Of a stretch of DNA of 64,000 nt, positions 41,654-52,847 are shown piece by piece; positions within the stretch are counted from its first letter, which is position 1, and every line of letters starts with the position of its first letter. Below the pieces are notes generated by a model, which saw only the letters and a list, made by a program, of their open reading frames with translations, did no database searches and had not been told where the DNA came from. The DNA lies in the NCBI GenBank assembly GCA_965279165.1, contig OZ257140.1, positions 166,244 through 230,243 of the forward strand, in the 5' to 3' direction. The position numbers and the translations under genes are program-made. Origin of the DNA: Bacteroidia bacterium (GTDB lineage: Bacteria; Bacteroidota; Bacteroidia; UKL13-3).

Positions 41654-42613
41654 ATGAGAATTGGTTTTGATATCATGGGGGGAGATTACGCCCCCAAAGA
41701 AGCAATAATAGGTGCTATTAACGCACTTGAATTCCTTACCAAAGGAGAGAAAATCGTAATGTTCGGCGACGAAGAGCAAGCCCGTTCGATGATTAAATCC
41801 AATGGTATAGATCCGGCAACTTTCGATTTTGTAAATACATCGGAGGTTATTGGAATGGGCGAACACCCAACCAAAGCCATTTCACAAAAAAAGGATTCGA
41901 GTATTGCCGTTGGTTTTACCCATTTGGCAGGTAAGAAAATTGACGCCTTTATCAGTGCCGGTAATACCGGCGCCATGCTGGTAGGTTCGATGTTTTCGGT
42001 TCGCGCCGTAGAAGGCGTAATTCGTCCGAGTATAACCACTATTATACCAAGGCCAAATGGCAAATTTGGTTTGTTGTTGGATGTTGGAGCAAATGCCGAT
42101 TGTAAACCGGACGTATTATACCAATTTGGTATTTTGGGTTCTTTGATGATGAAACATGTGTATGGAATTGCAGATCCACGTGTTGGTTTATTAAGCATTG
42201 GTGAAGAAAAAGAAAAGGGCAATCTAATTACTGTTTCTACCCATCAATTAATGGAAGAATCGGCTCCGTTTCATTTTATCGGAAACGTAGAAGGAAGAGA
42301 TTTTCTTTCCGACAAGGCTGATGTAATTGTTTGTGAAGGTTTCACAGGCAATATAGTATTAAAAACTTTCGAGTCTGTATATTATGTAATGAAGAAAAGA
42401 GGAATAAATGATACTTATTTCGACAGTCTGAATTACGAAAATTATGGCGGAACGCCTATTTTAGGGGTGAATGCTCCTGTAATAATCGGACATGGAATTT
42501 CGAATGCCAAGGCATTTAAAAATATGATCTTATCTGCACGAGATGTAGTTAATTCAAAATTGGTGGATATCATTCGTGAATCCTTTCATGATTTTGTTCC
42601 TCCGGTACAATAA
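41654..42613 (+). CDS. plsX: Phosphate acyltransferase PlsX
   Basis: Full-length PlsX pattern (GGDYAP, NVEGRD, CEGFTGN). Confidence 0.93.
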   Translation: MRIGFDIMGGDYAPKEAIIGAINALEFLTKGEKIVMFGDEEQARSMIKSNGIDPATFDFVNTSEVIGMGEHPTKAISQKKDSSIAVGFTHLAGKKIDAFISAGNTGAMLVGSMFSVRAVEGVIRPSITTIIPRPNGKFGLLLDVGANADCKPDVLYQFGILGSLMMKHVYGIADPRVGLLSIGEEKEKGNLITVSTHQLMEESAPFHFIGNVEGRDFLSDKADVIVCEGFTGNIVLKTFESVYYVMKKRGINDTYFDSLNYENYGGTPILGVNAPVIIGHGISNAKAFKNMILSARDVVNSKLVDIIRESFHDFVPPVQ

Positions 42614-42615
42614 CA

Positions 42616-43611
42616 ATGAATAAAATAACCGCTGCTATTACTTGTGTGAACGGATACGTTCCACCAGATGTTCTCTCCAACAAAGACCTCGAGAAGATGG
42701 TTAGTACCAACGACGAGTGGATAGTAACCAGAACAGGAATTAAAGAACGACGCATACAGCGTGCGCCGGGACAAGCAACTTCGGATATGGCTGTAGAAGC
42801 CGTAAATGGCTTGCTTCAAAAGCGCGGTATTACTGCCAATGATATCGATTTAATCATATTTGCAACGGTAACCGGCGATATGATATTCCCTTCAACAGCA
42901 TGTATTCTGGCTGATAAAATAGGCGCCAAAAATGCCTGGGGATTTGATTTGATGGCCGCTTGTTCAGGCTTTTTATTTTCCCTTGAAACCGCTGCTAAAT
43001 TTATTGAATCCGGAAAACACAAAAAGGTGTTGGTGGTGGGAGCCGATAAAATGTCGTCGATTATAGATTATACCGACCGCAATACCTGTATTATTTTTGG
43101 TGATGGTTGTGGTTGTGTTTTGATGGAACCAAACGAAGAAGGCAATGGATTAATCGATGCCGATTTGCATATTGATGGAGAAGGTCGTCATTATTTACAC
43201 CAAAAAGCAGGTGGATCCTTAAAACCACCTACCCACGAAACAGTAGATGCCCGCGAACATTTTGTTTATCAAGATGGAAAAACAGTTTTCAAATTTGCAG
43301 TTAAAGGCATGGCCGATGTTTCTGCAAATATCATGGAACGGAATAACCTTACTTCGGATGATGTAACTTGGTTGGTACCACATCAGGCTAATTTACGCAT
43401 CATTGATGCAACCGCAGAACGCATGGGACTATCCAAAGAAAAGGTAATGATTAATATCGACCATTTTGGAAATACAACCAATGGAACCTTGCCTTTGTTG
43501 TTATGGGAATGGGAAAAGAAACTTAAGAAAGGCGATAACTTGGTACTTTCGGCTTTTGGAGGTGGATTTACCTGGGGCGCCGTATATTTAAAATGGGCAT
43601 ATAACAGCTAA
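42616..43611 (+). CDS. fabH: 3-oxoacyl-ACP synthase III
   Basis: Active-site Cys in AACSGF. His/Asn region HQANLRII and GNTTNGTLPL. Confidence 0.93.
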   Translation: MNKITAAITCVNGYVPPDVLSNKDLEKMVSTNDEWIVTRTGIKERRIQRAPGQATSDMAVEAVNGLLQKRGITANDIDLIIFATVTGDMIFPSTACILADKIGAKNAWGFDLMAACSGFLFSLETAAKFIESGKHKKVLVVGADKMSSIIDYTDRNTCIIFGDGCGCVLMEPNEEGNGLIDADLHIDGEGRHYLHQKAGGSLKPPTHETVDAREHFVYQDGKTVFKFAVKGMADVSANIMERNNLTSDDVTWLVPHQANLRIIDATAERMGLSKEKVMINIDHFGNTTNGTLPLLLWEWEKKLKKGDNLVLSAFGGGFTWGAVYLKWAYNS

Positions 43612-43698
43612 AAATATTCAAATTTTCTTGTTTTAGGAGAATTTCGGCTTCGTTTTTACAAAATTTACATACTTTAGCATAAATATTCACTAAAAATC

Positions 43699-44193
43699 AT
43701 GGAATTAAAGGAAATAAAAGAACTTATTAAACTGGTTTCGGAAGCAGGAGTTTCTGAAGTTGATGTTGAAAAAGGCGATTTTAAATTATCTATCAAGAAA
43801 ACGGAAGAAAAAACCATGGTGGTGCATGCGAGTCCGCAAGTTATTGCACAACCACAGGCCAATCCTGTTCCTTATAACAACCAGGCAACACCTGCATCCA
43901 TGGAACGCTTGGAAGCACAAACAACGGTTACAGAAACGCCTTCCGGTGCAAATTTAATTACGATTAAATCGCCAATGATTGGTACTTATTATAAATCGGC
44001 ATCTCCGGATAAGCCTGCATTTATTCAGGTTGGAGATGAAATAAAACCGGGAAAAGTATTGTGTATTGTTGAAGCAATGAAGTTATTCAATGAGATTGAA
44101 TCCGAAGTATCGGGTAGAATTGTGAAAATTTTAATTGAAAATGCTTCGCCTGTAGAATACGATCAACCGTTATTTTTAGTAGAACCGGCTTAA
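43699..44193 (+). CDS. accB: Acetyl-CoA carboxylase biotin carboxyl carrier protein
   Basis: Biotinyl domain [10 protein letters not shown] and the Pro/Ala-rich linker. Confidence 0.9.
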   Translation: MELKEIKELIKLVSEAGVSEVDVEKGDFKLSIKKTEEKTMVVHASPQVIAQPQANPVPYNNQATPASMERLEAQTTVTETPSGANLITIKSPMIGTYYKSASPDKPAFIQVGDEIKPGKVLCIVEAMKLFNEIESEVSGRIVKILIENASPVEYDQPLFLVEPA

Positions 44194-44253
44194 TTGAATA
44201 GAAGAATCTCGAATTGGGATTTGTTTCTCTGTAAAAATAATTGACACATAACG

Positions 44254-45600
44254 ATGTTTAAAAAAATACTTATTGCCAATAGAGGAGAAATAGCACTTCG
44301 TGTTATCCGAACGGCCAAGGAAATGGGAATAAAAACCGTTGCCGTTTACTCAACAGCAGATAAAGAAAGTTTACATGTACGTTTTGCGGATGAGGCAGTT
44401 TGTATAGGACCTCCACCCTCGCCGCAATCCTATCTCAATATGGCTAATATTATTGCCGCTGCCGAAATTACCAATGCAGACGCCATTCATCCGGGTTATG
44501 GATTTTTAAGTGAGAATGCAAAATTCTCACAAGTTTGTCGCGACCATGGTATTAAATTTATTGGTGCGTCGCCGGAAATGATCAATGCGATGGGTGATAA
44601 AGCCAATGCAAAAGCTACAATGAAACGTTCTGGTGTTCCTGTAATTCCGGGCTCTGAAGGATTATTGGAAAGTGCGGAAGAAGGTATCCGCTTGGCAGAA
44701 GGTATCGGTTATCCGGTTATCATCAAAGCAACGGCAGGTGGTGGCGGACGTGGAATGCGCATCATATGGAATGCCGAAGAGTTTGAGAAACATTGGGATT
44801 CGGCCCGTCAGGAATCGAAAGCTGCTTTCGGTAATGATGGCATGTATATGGAAAAATATGTGGAAGAACCACGTCATATCGAAATACAGTTAGCCGGCGA
44901 CCAATACGGCAATGTTTGTCATTTGAGCGAACGTGATTGTTCGATACAACGGAGACATCAAAAACTGGTTGAAGAAGCTCCTTCCCCATTTGTAACTCCT
45001 GAATTACGCGACAAAATGGGAGCTGCAGCCATTGCAGGTGCCAAAGCAATTAATTATGAAGGATTGGGTACGATAGAATTTTTGGTAGACAAACACCGTA
45101 ATTTCTATTTCATGGAAATGAATACCCGTATTCAGGTAGAACATCCGGTAACCGAAGAAGTAATCAATTATGATTTGGTTAAAGAACAGATTTTAATTGC
45201 GGCAGGTGTTCCAATTAGCGGTAGAAATTATCTCCCGGTGAAACACGCCATCGAATGTCGTATCAATGCCGAAGATCCTTTCAACAATTTCAGACCAACC
45301 CCAGGCAGGATAGATTATTTACATAAGCCAGGTGGACACGGTGTTCGTGTGGATACACATATATACGCAGGATATACCATTCCTTCGAATTACGATTCGA
45401 TGATTGCCAAACTGATTGTGTGTGCCCAAACCCGTGAAGAAGCCATTATTAAGATGGACCGTGCCTTAAGCGAATTCATTATTGAAGGTCCGGGAATTAA
45501 AACCACCATTCCATTACAAATTAAATTAATGCAAAACGAAGATTTTAAAGCCGGGAATTTTACAACGGCGTTTATGAATACGTTTGATATTAATAAATAG
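44254..45600 (+). CDS. accC: Acetyl-CoA carboxylase biotin carboxylase subunit
   Basis: ATP-grasp motifs. Canonical start [20 protein letters not shown]. Confidence 0.95.
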   Translation: MFKKILIANRGEIALRVIRTAKEMGIKTVAVYSTADKESLHVRFADEAVCIGPPPSPQSYLNMANIIAAAEITNADAIHPGYGFLSENAKFSQVCRDHGIKFIGASPEMINAMGDKANAKATMKRSGVPVIPGSEGLLESAEEGIRLAEGIGYPVIIKATAGGGGRGMRIIWNAEEFEKHWDSARQESKAAFGNDGMYMEKYVEEPRHIEIQLAGDQYGNVCHLSERDCSIQRRHQKLVEEAPSPFVTPELRDKMGAAAIAGAKAINYEGLGTIEFLVDKHRNFYFMEMNTRIQVEHPVTEEVINYDLVKEQILIAAGVPISGRNYLPVKHAIECRINAEDPFNNFRPTPGRIDYLHKPGGHGVRVDTHIYAGYTIPSNYDSMIAKLIVCAQTREEAIIKMDRALSEFIIEGPGIKTTIPLQIKLMQNEDFKAGNFTTAFMNTFDINK

Positions 45601-45650
<50 letters not shown>

Positions 45651-45701
45651 TGGTGTGCATTGGTGGCTGTTAAAACATAATTTGTTATCTGGTAACTTTA
45701 T

Positions 45702-46604
45702 TTGCATTTGAATTCATCGAAAACGATACTGATTAATATAGTTGGACCTACGGCGGTTGGAAAAACTGCCCTTGCGATTCTTATAGCCAAACATTTTAAA
45801 ACAGAAATCATTTCTTCGGATTCGCGGCAGTTTTATAAAGAGGTTTCTATTGGAACTGCAAAACCAAGTATTGCGGAATTAGAAGCCATACCCCATCATT
45901 TTATTGATACTTTATCGGTAACTGAAACCTACAGTGCCGGAGATTTTGAACGGGATGCATTACACACTTTAGGTATTTTATTTAAGCAGCATCCGGTGGT
46001 GGTAATGGTAGGCGGTTCGGGATTATACATTAAAGCGGTAACAGAAGGTTTGGATGCCTTACCTGCTGCGAACGAAGACTTACGCATTGCATTACATGCC
46101 TTATTGGAGGAGAAAGGAATAAAAGCTCTTGCTGAAAGATTGTTGCTGGCTAATCCTACCCTTTATGAAAAGACACCCAAAGACAATCCGCAACGTTTGA
46201 TGCGGGCCATAGAAATTGCAGAAGGAGATGTCATTGAAAAGTCTAAAGCCAAACGTGATTTTACTACCATTTCCATCGGAATTAATTTACCAAGGGAGCA
46301 ATTGTATACTCGAATAGAAAGGCGTGTTGATGCCATGTTTGAGGCAGGATTGTTGGATGAGGTAAAAAGGATGGTACCATTTAAAACTAATTATGCGATG
46401 CAAACCGTTGGTTATAAAGAGTTGTTTGCACATCTTGATGGAGAATATGGTATCGAGAAAGCCAAAGAATTGATTAAACAGCACACCCGCAATTATGCCA
46501 AGCGGCAGTTAACTTGGTTTAAACGCGATGCGTCGATAAAATGGTTTGAACCATCACAAGAAGAAGAGATTATTCAATACCAGATCACACAAATTGGACT
46601 TTAA
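45702..46604 (+). CDS. miaA: tRNA dimethylallyltransferase
   Basis: P-loop GPTAVGKT. Full-length MiaA pattern. Confidence 0.9.
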   Translation: MHLNSSKTILINIVGPTAVGKTALAILIAKHFKTEIISSDSRQFYKEVSIGTAKPSIAELEAIPHHFIDTLSVTETYSAGDFERDALHTLGILFKQHPVVVMVGGSGLYIKAVTEGLDALPAANEDLRIALHALLEEKGIKALAERLLLANPTLYEKTPKDNPQRLMRAIEIAEGDVIEKSKAKRDFTTISIGINLPREQLYTRIERRVDAMFEAGLLDEVKRMVPFKTNYAMQTVGYKELFAHLDGEYGIEKAKELIKQHTRNYAKRQLTWFKRDASIKWFEPSQEEEIIQYQITQIGL

Positions 46605-46644
46605 CCCTTTTTCCAATTATCTTCGCACACTTTAAGAAAAATAC

Positions 46645-47406
46645 ATGCTCGAATTATTTAGTCAACCCGAAACCTGGTTATCGCTCATTACCCTAACCAT
46701 TATGGAAATTGTGTTGGGTATCGACAATGTTATTTTCATTTCGTTGGTGAGTAGCAAATTGCCAAAAAAAGACCAAAACAAAGCCCGTAAAATTGGATTG
46801 TTTTTGGCCTTATTCATTCGGATTATTTTACTTGCTTGTATTAGTTATATCGTAAATGAAATGACCAATCCAATTATGCACTTGGTTGGTCATCCAATAA
46901 GTTGGCGTGATATGATTTTATTATTGGGTGGTATTTTTCTTATCTATAAAAGCACCCTCGAAATTTATGAAGTATTAGAGGCGGAAGGCGAGCATAAAGG
47001 AAAAGATGCCGTTGCAGTATTTTGGAATATTGTGTTTCAGGTGATATTGATTGATATCGTTTTCTCCTTTGATTCGATTATTACTGCCGTTGGATTGGCT
47101 AAGGATTTACCGGTAATGATACTTGCGGTAGTTATTTCGATGTTCATTATGTTGTTCTTCTCTTCGATGATCAGCGATTTTATCAACAAACATCCAAGCA
47201 TCAAATTACTTGCGCTTGCATTTTTAGTGGTGATTGGAATCATGCTGGTAATTGCAGGATGGGATGCCAAGACAGCAGAAGAGGCTAACCTGAAGAGCTA
47301 TTTATATTTTGCTATGGCATTTTCGGTATTGATCGAATTACTAAATATGCGCATGCGAAAAGGCAAAAAGCAAAATCCGGTAAAACTGAAAGACATATAC
47401 AAATAA
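46645..47406 (+). CDS. TerC family integral membrane protein
   Basis: [11 protein letters not shown] and a repeated DxxxS-containing helix pair characteristic of TerC/Alx. Confidence 0.75.
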   Translation: MLELFSQPETWLSLITLTIMEIVLGIDNVIFISLVSSKLPKKDQNKARKIGLFLALFIRIILLACISYIVNEMTNPIMHLVGHPISWRDMILLLGGIFLIYKSTLEIYEVLEAEGEHKGKDAVAVFWNIVFQVILIDIVFSFDSIITAVGLAKDLPVMILAVVISMFIMLFFSSMISDFINKHPSIKLLALAFLVVIGIMLVIAGWDAKTAEEANLKSYLYFAMAFSVLIELLNMRMRKGKKQNPVKLKDIYK

Positions 47407-47428
47407 TATTCAGCGATTATCGCTACGC

Positions 47429-48136
47429 ATGAAAAAGGTAAATTTTACCGATTGGGGCTTGATCGATTATAAACAAGCCTGGGATAAACAGGAAGCTCTT
47501 TTTCAGGCAAAAACCAATTTAAAATTAGTTAACAGAAATCCGGAAACAATTCATCCCATATTACCTGTTAACGACCTTATTTTTTGCGAACATCCGCATG
47601 TATACACTTTGGGAAAAAGCGGTAAGAAAGAAAATTTACTGGTAAACGAACAACAACTCGAAGATTTAAATGCCACCTTCTACCCTATCAATCGTGGTGG
47701 CGATATCACTTACCATGGTCCTGGACAAATTGTAGGCTATCCAATTTTTGACCTGGAACAATTTTATACCGATATACACCGCTATTTAAGAACCCTTGAA
47801 GAAGCAATCATCCTAACCATTGCCGAATACGGAATAAAAGGAGAACGGTTAGAAGGTTATACAGGAGTTTGGCTGGATACACACGACGACACCAAAGCAC
47901 GTAAAATTTGTGCCATGGGAGTGCGATGCAGCCGTTGGGTAACCATGCATGGATTTGCTTTTAATGTGAATACCGATCTCTCCTATTTTAAACATATTGT
48001 ACCGTGTGGAATTGATGATAAAGCTGTGACTAGTATGCAGCACGAGTTAGGTAAAGAAATTTCTATGGAGGAAGTGAAACAGAAATTATTGGGGCATTTG
48101 ATGGAGTTGTTTGGAGGAGAATACCAATTGAAATAA
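47429..48136 (+). CDS. lipB: Lipoyl(octanoyl) transferase
   Basis: [12 protein letters not shown] motif and catalytic Cys/Lys region. Confidence 0.9.
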   Translation: MKKVNFTDWGLIDYKQAWDKQEALFQAKTNLKLVNRNPETIHPILPVNDLIFCEHPHVYTLGKSGKKENLLVNEQQLEDLNATFYPINRGGDITYHGPGQIVGYPIFDLEQFYTDIHRYLRTLEEAIILTIAEYGIKGERLEGYTGVWLDTHDDTKARKICAMGVRCSRWVTMHGFAFNVNTDLSYFKHIVPCGIDDKAVTSMQHELGKEISMEEVKQKLLGHLMELFGGEYQLK

Positions 48137-48153
48137 TATAAGTAAGATATTTG

Positions 48154-48440
48154 GATCTTGAGTTGCAAACTCAAGATAGCGGGGGCTTGGTTCTTGTGGT
48201 GTTTGGAGTTTAGTACGATTAGATTTTTTATAATAACGAGTTAAGTTTATCGGCAATAACACGTGTGTTGCTTAAACGAGGTACTTTGTTTTGTCCGCCT
48301 AGCTTACGAATTAATGGAGATAATCTAAGTTAGGTATTTGATCTTGAGTTGGAAACACAAGATAGCCGTGAGCTTACGAATTAATGGAGTATATTTATTA
48401 AAGTGATTTGATTGAAATTGAGTTACAAACACAAGATAGC
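48154..48440. repeat. Three copies of a hairpin-containing 27-bp repeat (GATCTTGAGTTGCAAACTCAAGATAGC and two variants) interleaved with AGCTTACGAATTAATGGAG x2
   Basis: Copies at 48154-48180 (perfect CTTGAGTT-GCAA-AACTCAAG hairpin), 48340-48366 and 48416-48440. Confidence 0.85.
48264..48304 (+). repeat. Left direct repeat of islet 2 (duplicate of GH3 gene 3' end)
   Basis: GTGTGTTGCTTAAACGAGGTACTTTGTTTTGTCCGCCTAGC. About 93% identical to 50147-50190. Its reverse complement encodes LGGQNKVPRLSNTR, matching the GH3 C-terminus. Confidence 0.85.
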
Positions 48441-48579
48441 ACAGGGCGGAGGTAAATAGCACATCACATTATATTTGATAATTTTCAGTTGTTTCATTAA
48501 AAATAAACAATAGTTTTACTTATCAGTTTTAACTTAATTTATCATAGTTTGTTCCTTAAAATAACTAATTATTTTTAAT

Positions 48580-49293
48580 ATGAAATTTATTAAAAGTTTA
48601 TTTAAACCAAAAAATATCTACTTCAGGATAAACATGGATATTATTGAGTTTCCTGAAGGCTGGACTCCTAAACTGGCAATACTTATTAGAAATTTGACCG
48701 AATTCGAAAAAAGAATTATTATTAATATACTCAGAATTTTACAAAGACACCTTGAACGACATTTTGTATTTTGGATGAAATTCGAATTTACAAGAATCAA
48801 GTTCAATAATGATCAATCCATTTTATTCAGAAGTTACTTTGAATTAATAATGATTGACTGGACGATAATAAGTTCTGAATTCACCAAAAGAGAAATTAGA
48901 TCTGAAGTGGGAAAATCGTTGTGGTGGATTCTATATTACTCATTTGATGGATATGACTCTATGTTATATTCTAAAAAAGTATTCAGGAACTATGAGGCAG
49001 CTTTTGAAGATAGAAGGCAACTTTATCCAGGAATATTAACGAAATTATTTAGTACTGAAAGTAGTCAAAATTTAAATTCATTAAAAATCCTTTATATTTT
49101 ATTAGTTGTGAATCCATTAGAAATTGACAAAGGTAACTTTGAAAACCAACCAAATGAACTTAAAGATCACCAAGATTTTAGTGAAATGGAAAATTGGTTC
49201 GAAAACAGATTGAATTTGTTAACTTTTGGACAAGTATTTGGAAAATCTTTAAATCACCTGAAGAGTGAAATAAATAAATTGCAATTTAAATAA
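48580..49293 (+). CDS. Hypothetical protein in AT-rich islet (237 aa)
   Basis: ORF in a segment of clearly lower GC than its surroundings. No recognisable domain. Contains RHLERH. Confidence 0.55.
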   Translation: MKFIKSLFKPKNIYFRINMDIIEFPEGWTPKLAILIRNLTEFEKRIIINILRILQRHLERHFVFWMKFEFTRIKFNNDQSILFRSYFELIMIDWTIISSEFTKREIRSEVGKSLWWILYYSFDGYDSMLYSKKVFRNYEAAFEDRRQLYPGILTKLFSTESSQNLNSLKILYILLVVNPLEIDKGNFENQPNELKDHQDFSEMENWFENRLNLLTFGQVFGKSLNHLKSEINKLQFK

Positions 49294-49388
49294 TAATGAA
49301 TCTGCTTTTCAATTAAGTTGTTCATTCAAGAAGGTTTGCCAATGATTTTTTTATTTGATAAATTCACAAAACAATTGAAATTCATATA

Positions 49389-49874
49389 ATGGGAAATTTT
49401 AAAGACTTAGAATCTGAGTTTATTGAACGGACATTGCGCCTTCTTTCACAGTATGAGGGTATAACTTACAAATACAAATTTGAAGAACAATTTAATCACA
49501 CTTTGCTTGTAAACTGTTTACTTGGATTAATTGTATTACCAAAAGAAAAGACTATTATTTATTTGCCAAATACAACCTGGAGTATGGAGTTGAAAACCAA
49601 AATGGGCATAGAAAATTCAACATTTAACAAAAATATCACTAATCTAAAAGATTTGATAATTGCATTACGACATACTGTTGCACACTTTGACATCACATTT
49701 GAATCAAAAAGTGATGAGTTTTTAATTGACTTTATAGTTTTTAAGGATAGAAAGAAAGGAAAAAACTATGTTGTCGCTTCCTTTGTACCATTAGAACTGA
49801 TTTGTTTTCTTCGATACTATGGTAATTGGTTAGTAAGTATAATTCGTGAACATCAAGGAAATATTAAATCTTAA
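49389..49874 (+). CDS. Hypothetical protein with HEPN-like Rx4H motif (161 aa)
   Basis: ALRHTVAHFD resembles the Rx4-6H motif of HEPN/Abi-type RNases. Small alpha-helical protein in the AT-rich islet. Confidence 0.5.
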   Translation: MGNFKDLESEFIERTLRLLSQYEGITYKYKFEEQFNHTLLVNCLLGLIVLPKEKTIIYLPNTTWSMELKTKMGIENSTFNKNITNLKDLIIALRHTVAHFDITFESKSDEFLIDFIVFKDRKKGKNYVVASFVPLELICFLRYYGNWLVSIIREHQGNIKS

Positions 49875-50106
49875 AATACAAATTGTTAAATAATTTAGTG
49901 AGATAAAGAAATACTTATATTTTTGTCACAAACTCATCTAGCTTAACGTAACTGTTTTTATTTCAGAGATTTTAAGACAGACTTCTATTTCGCCTATTGA
50001 TTGATAAAAGTCACTTTTTAACATCAAATTTTATCTAGGTATATATGTTGTTTAAATAACTAAAATTAATTTTAAGGTTGCGAGATAAAGTGTACATTAA
50101 ATACAT

Positions 50107-51603
50107 CTAATTTAAATAAGATTGGAGTTTATCTGCTATCGATCGTGTGTTGCTTAAACGCGGTACTTTGTTTTGTCCGCCGAGCTTTCCCTCCTGCTTC
50201 ATGTATTGAATAAATGTAGATTTCTGTAGTGACCTAATTTTTAATGGCTGTAGGATATTACCGGCAATTAAATCTTTGTAGTATATGTTTCGTTCTTGCA
50301 TTTTCACATCTACTTCCTTTGCGAATGAATGAATATCGTCGGGTTTGTTTTCAAATTCAACAAACCATTCGTGGTATGGTAAACCTCCCTCAGGTGGATT
50401 AACTTGTGGAGCAACAGTAAACTCTATAATATTGATTTTGTATTTATTTGCTACCGAAAGCAAGGCCTGTTCTACCTCTTCGCCGATTACATGTTCGCCG
50501 AATGCGGAAATAAAATGCTTGATTCGTCCGGTAACAACAATACGAGGCGGATTAAGCGAAACAAATTTAATGGTATCGCCAATACTGTAACCGAAGAGTC
50601 CGGCATTGGTATTCATGATAAGGGCATAATTACAATCCAGCTTTACTTCTCCAAGGTGTAACCGGGCAGGATTTGGGTTGAAATATTCTTCCGTAGGAAT
50701 GAATTCATAAAAGATGCCGTTGTTGGTCAACAGCAACAAACCCTTCTCTTCACGGGTATCCTGATAGGCAATAAATCCTTCGGAAGCCGGATAGGTTTCG
50801 AGGGTATCAATCCTGGTTCCTATGGCATTTTCGATCTTAGCCCGATAGGGTTCAAAATTTACCCCACCATACACAAAAAGTTTAAAGTTGGGAAAAACAT
50901 CCTTTATTTTCTTTCCAGTTAGTGAAGTTATTTTATCGAAATACATCTGCACCCAAGGCGGAATACCACTTATCAATGTCATGTTTTGGTGGATGGTTTC
51001 GTTTACCACCGCATCCACTTTTTCTTCCCAATCCTCGATACAATTTGTAGGAAACGAAGGCAACTGATTTCCTTTTAGGTAACCCGGCACATGGTGGTTT
51101 ACGATACCACTTAATCGTCCAACCGGAATACCATTTTTGGATTCCAATGCCGGACTACCGGATAAAAATATCAGTTTACCATTTAAAAAATCTGCTTTAC
51201 CGGTTTCGGCGATATATGCTAGCAAAGCGTTTCGAGCCGATTGAATATGAAACGGAATAGAATCCTTGGTGATAGGAATATATTTTACTCCGGAAGTAGT
51301 ACCTGAAGTCTTGCTCCAATAAGCCGGTTTGCCGGGCCAAAGGATATCCGCTTTGCCGGAAATTGCTTCATCGATATATGGTTTTAAATCTTCGTAATCA
51401 ATAACCGGGACTTGTTGTTTAAAATCATCATATGTTTTAATGGTTTGAAATGAATGATCGATTCCAAATTTTGTTTGAGAGGCAATGGCAACCAATTTAT
51501 GCATCCAATCCAATTGAAAGGAAACAGCTATGGCGCTTTGCCGTTTTACCTTGTTGGTTATAAAACGAGCAAATGGTATGGCCAGAATTGATTTTAAACC
51601 CAT
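50107..51603 (-). CDS. GH3 family (acyl-adenylate-forming, auxin-responsive-GH3-like) protein
   Basis: KTSGTTSG adenylation motif and overall GH3 architecture. Start at MGLKSIL. An alternative upstream Met lies at 51630. Confidence 0.8.
   Translation of the reverse strand: MGLKSILAIPFARFITNKVKRQSAIAVSFQLDWMHKLVAIASQTKFGIDHSFQTIKTYDDFKQQVPVIDYEDLKPYIDEAISGKADILWPGKPAYWSKTSGTTSGVKYIPITKDSIPFHIQSARNALLAYIAETGKADFLNGKLIFLSGSPALESKNGIPVGRLSGIVNHHVPGYLKGNQLPSFPTNCIEDWEEKVDAVVNETIHQNMTLISGIPPWVQMYFDKITSLTGKKIKDVFPNFKLFVYGGVNFEPYRAKIENAIGTRIDTLETYPASEGFIAYQDTREEKGLLLLTNNGIFYEFIPTEEYFNPNPARLHLGEVKLDCNYALIMNTNAGLFGYSIGDTIKFVSLNPPRIVVTGRIKHFISAFGEHVIGEEVEQALLSVANKYKINIIEFTVAPQVNPPEGGLPYHEWFVEFENKPDDIHSFAKEVDVKMQERNIYYKDLIAGNILQPLKIRSLQKSTFIQYMKQEGKLGGQNKVPRLSNTRSIADKLQSYLN
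50147..50190 (+). repeat. Right direct repeat of islet 2 (native 3' end of GH3 gene)
   Basis: CGTGTGTTGCTTAAACGCGGTACTTTGTTTTGTCCGCCGAGCTT overlaps the last 14 codons of the GH3 CDS. Confidence 0.85.
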
Positions 51604-51860
51604 AAAACAAAGGTGCAAATTGTGTATCAATATTTAACTATCGCTTTTTCGAAATAATTCAAATTTGATTGTTTGGGCTATTTTAGCTACTCAGGTTTAA
51701 GTACTAAATGTTCTGGTACTGTGTGTTTAGTTATCGTGTTGCATCAATTGCATTTACAAAGCATTATATGAGGGATATTTCGCCCTTTCAGGGCTTTGAA
51801 CTTCGGTTGTACTTTTTACATCCGGCTACACCGGATGTTTAGAAATGTCGCCCTAACAGG

Positions 51861-51905
51861 GCTGCATACGACTTGGTCTTTTATTACTGCCTAGAAAGTT
51901 TGGAT
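51861..51905 (+). repeat. Left direct repeat of islet 3
   Basis: GCTGCATACGACTTGGTCTTTTATTACTGC...CTAGAAAGTTTGGA. About 80% identical, with one indel, to 52848-52902. Confidence 0.7.
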
Positions 51906-52041
51906 ACAACGCCTTTAAGGGTTGCTAGGCGTCAACTTAAATACCTAACTATAAAATTAGTTTCCAAATATAGAAACTTTTATTACCTTTGTTTAAGACT
52001 ATGAATAAAATGTATGAATGAGATTCTTTGAAACGAGATTT

Positions 52042-52359
52042 ATGGAAGAAGCGAACGAGTTTATTTCGAAACTAGATAGAAAGTCAATTCGTAAGATTTT
52101 CTATAACATCGACCTTGCCGAACAAACCAATGATCCCAAATTGTTTAAAAAACTTCAAAACGATATCTGGGAACTTAGAACAAAATTTGGTGGACTACAG
52201 ATTCGGCTTTTAGCCTTCTGGGACAAGACAGACAATAAGAAAACACTGGTAATAGCGACACATGGCTTTGTGAAAAAGGTCGACAAAATTCCAGCTAATG
52301 AAATTGAAAGAGCAAGCAGACTTAGAGATAAATATTTTGAAAACAAACGTAAAGACTAA
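52042..52359 (+). CDS. Type II TA toxin, Gp49-like/HigB-RelE family
   Basis: IWELRTKFGGLQIRLLAFWDK...LVIATHGFVKK matches the phage Gp49-like RelE/HigB fold. Start chosen at MEEANEF. Confidence 0.65.
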   Translation: MEEANEFISKLDRKSIRKIFYNIDLAEQTNDPKLFKKLQNDIWELRTKFGGLQIRLLAFWDKTDNKKTLVIATHGFVKKVDKIPANEIERASRLRDKYFENKRKD

Positions 52360-52363
52360 TCAT

Positions 52364-52690
52364 ATGGCAACCAAAAAAATGAAGACTTATTCACTTGCCG
52401 AAATGAAAGACAAATTCATCGGTAAGGTTGGAACAACAGAACGTGACGATTATGAATACGAGCTTAGAATGGACGTTTTAGGAAAGATGATTAAAACTGC
52501 TAGACTAGAAAGACATTTGACACAAGAAGAACTTGGAAAATTAATTGGTGTTCAAAAAGCTCAAATATCCAAATTAGAAAGCAGTGCAAATAGCGCAACC
52601 ATTGATACAGTTATAAAAGTATTTAAAGCATTGAAAGCAGAAATCAACTTCAATGTCAAAATTGAAGACGACTATTTGACTCTTGCGTAA
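52364..52690 (+). CDS. HTH XRE-family antitoxin (HigA-like)
   Basis: HTH segment LTQEELGKLIGVQKAQISKLE. Lies immediately downstream of the toxin. Start chosen at MATKKMK. Confidence 0.65.
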   Translation: MATKKMKTYSLAEMKDKFIGKVGTTERDDYEYELRMDVLGKMIKTARLERHLTQEELGKLIGVQKAQISKLESSANSATIDTVIKVFKALKAEINFNVKIEDDYLTLA

Positions 52691-52847
52691 GAAAAGCCGA
52701 ACGCCTAACAGCAAGACAGCGCAATTTTTGCTATCTTTATGCAAAGCTACACTTTATGCAAAATGGAGCGAAAACAGCGGCTTGCAAAACGTTTAACATG
52801 GAATGTTATTCGTTTATATCGGATGCTTGCATTGGCGCCTTTACAGT

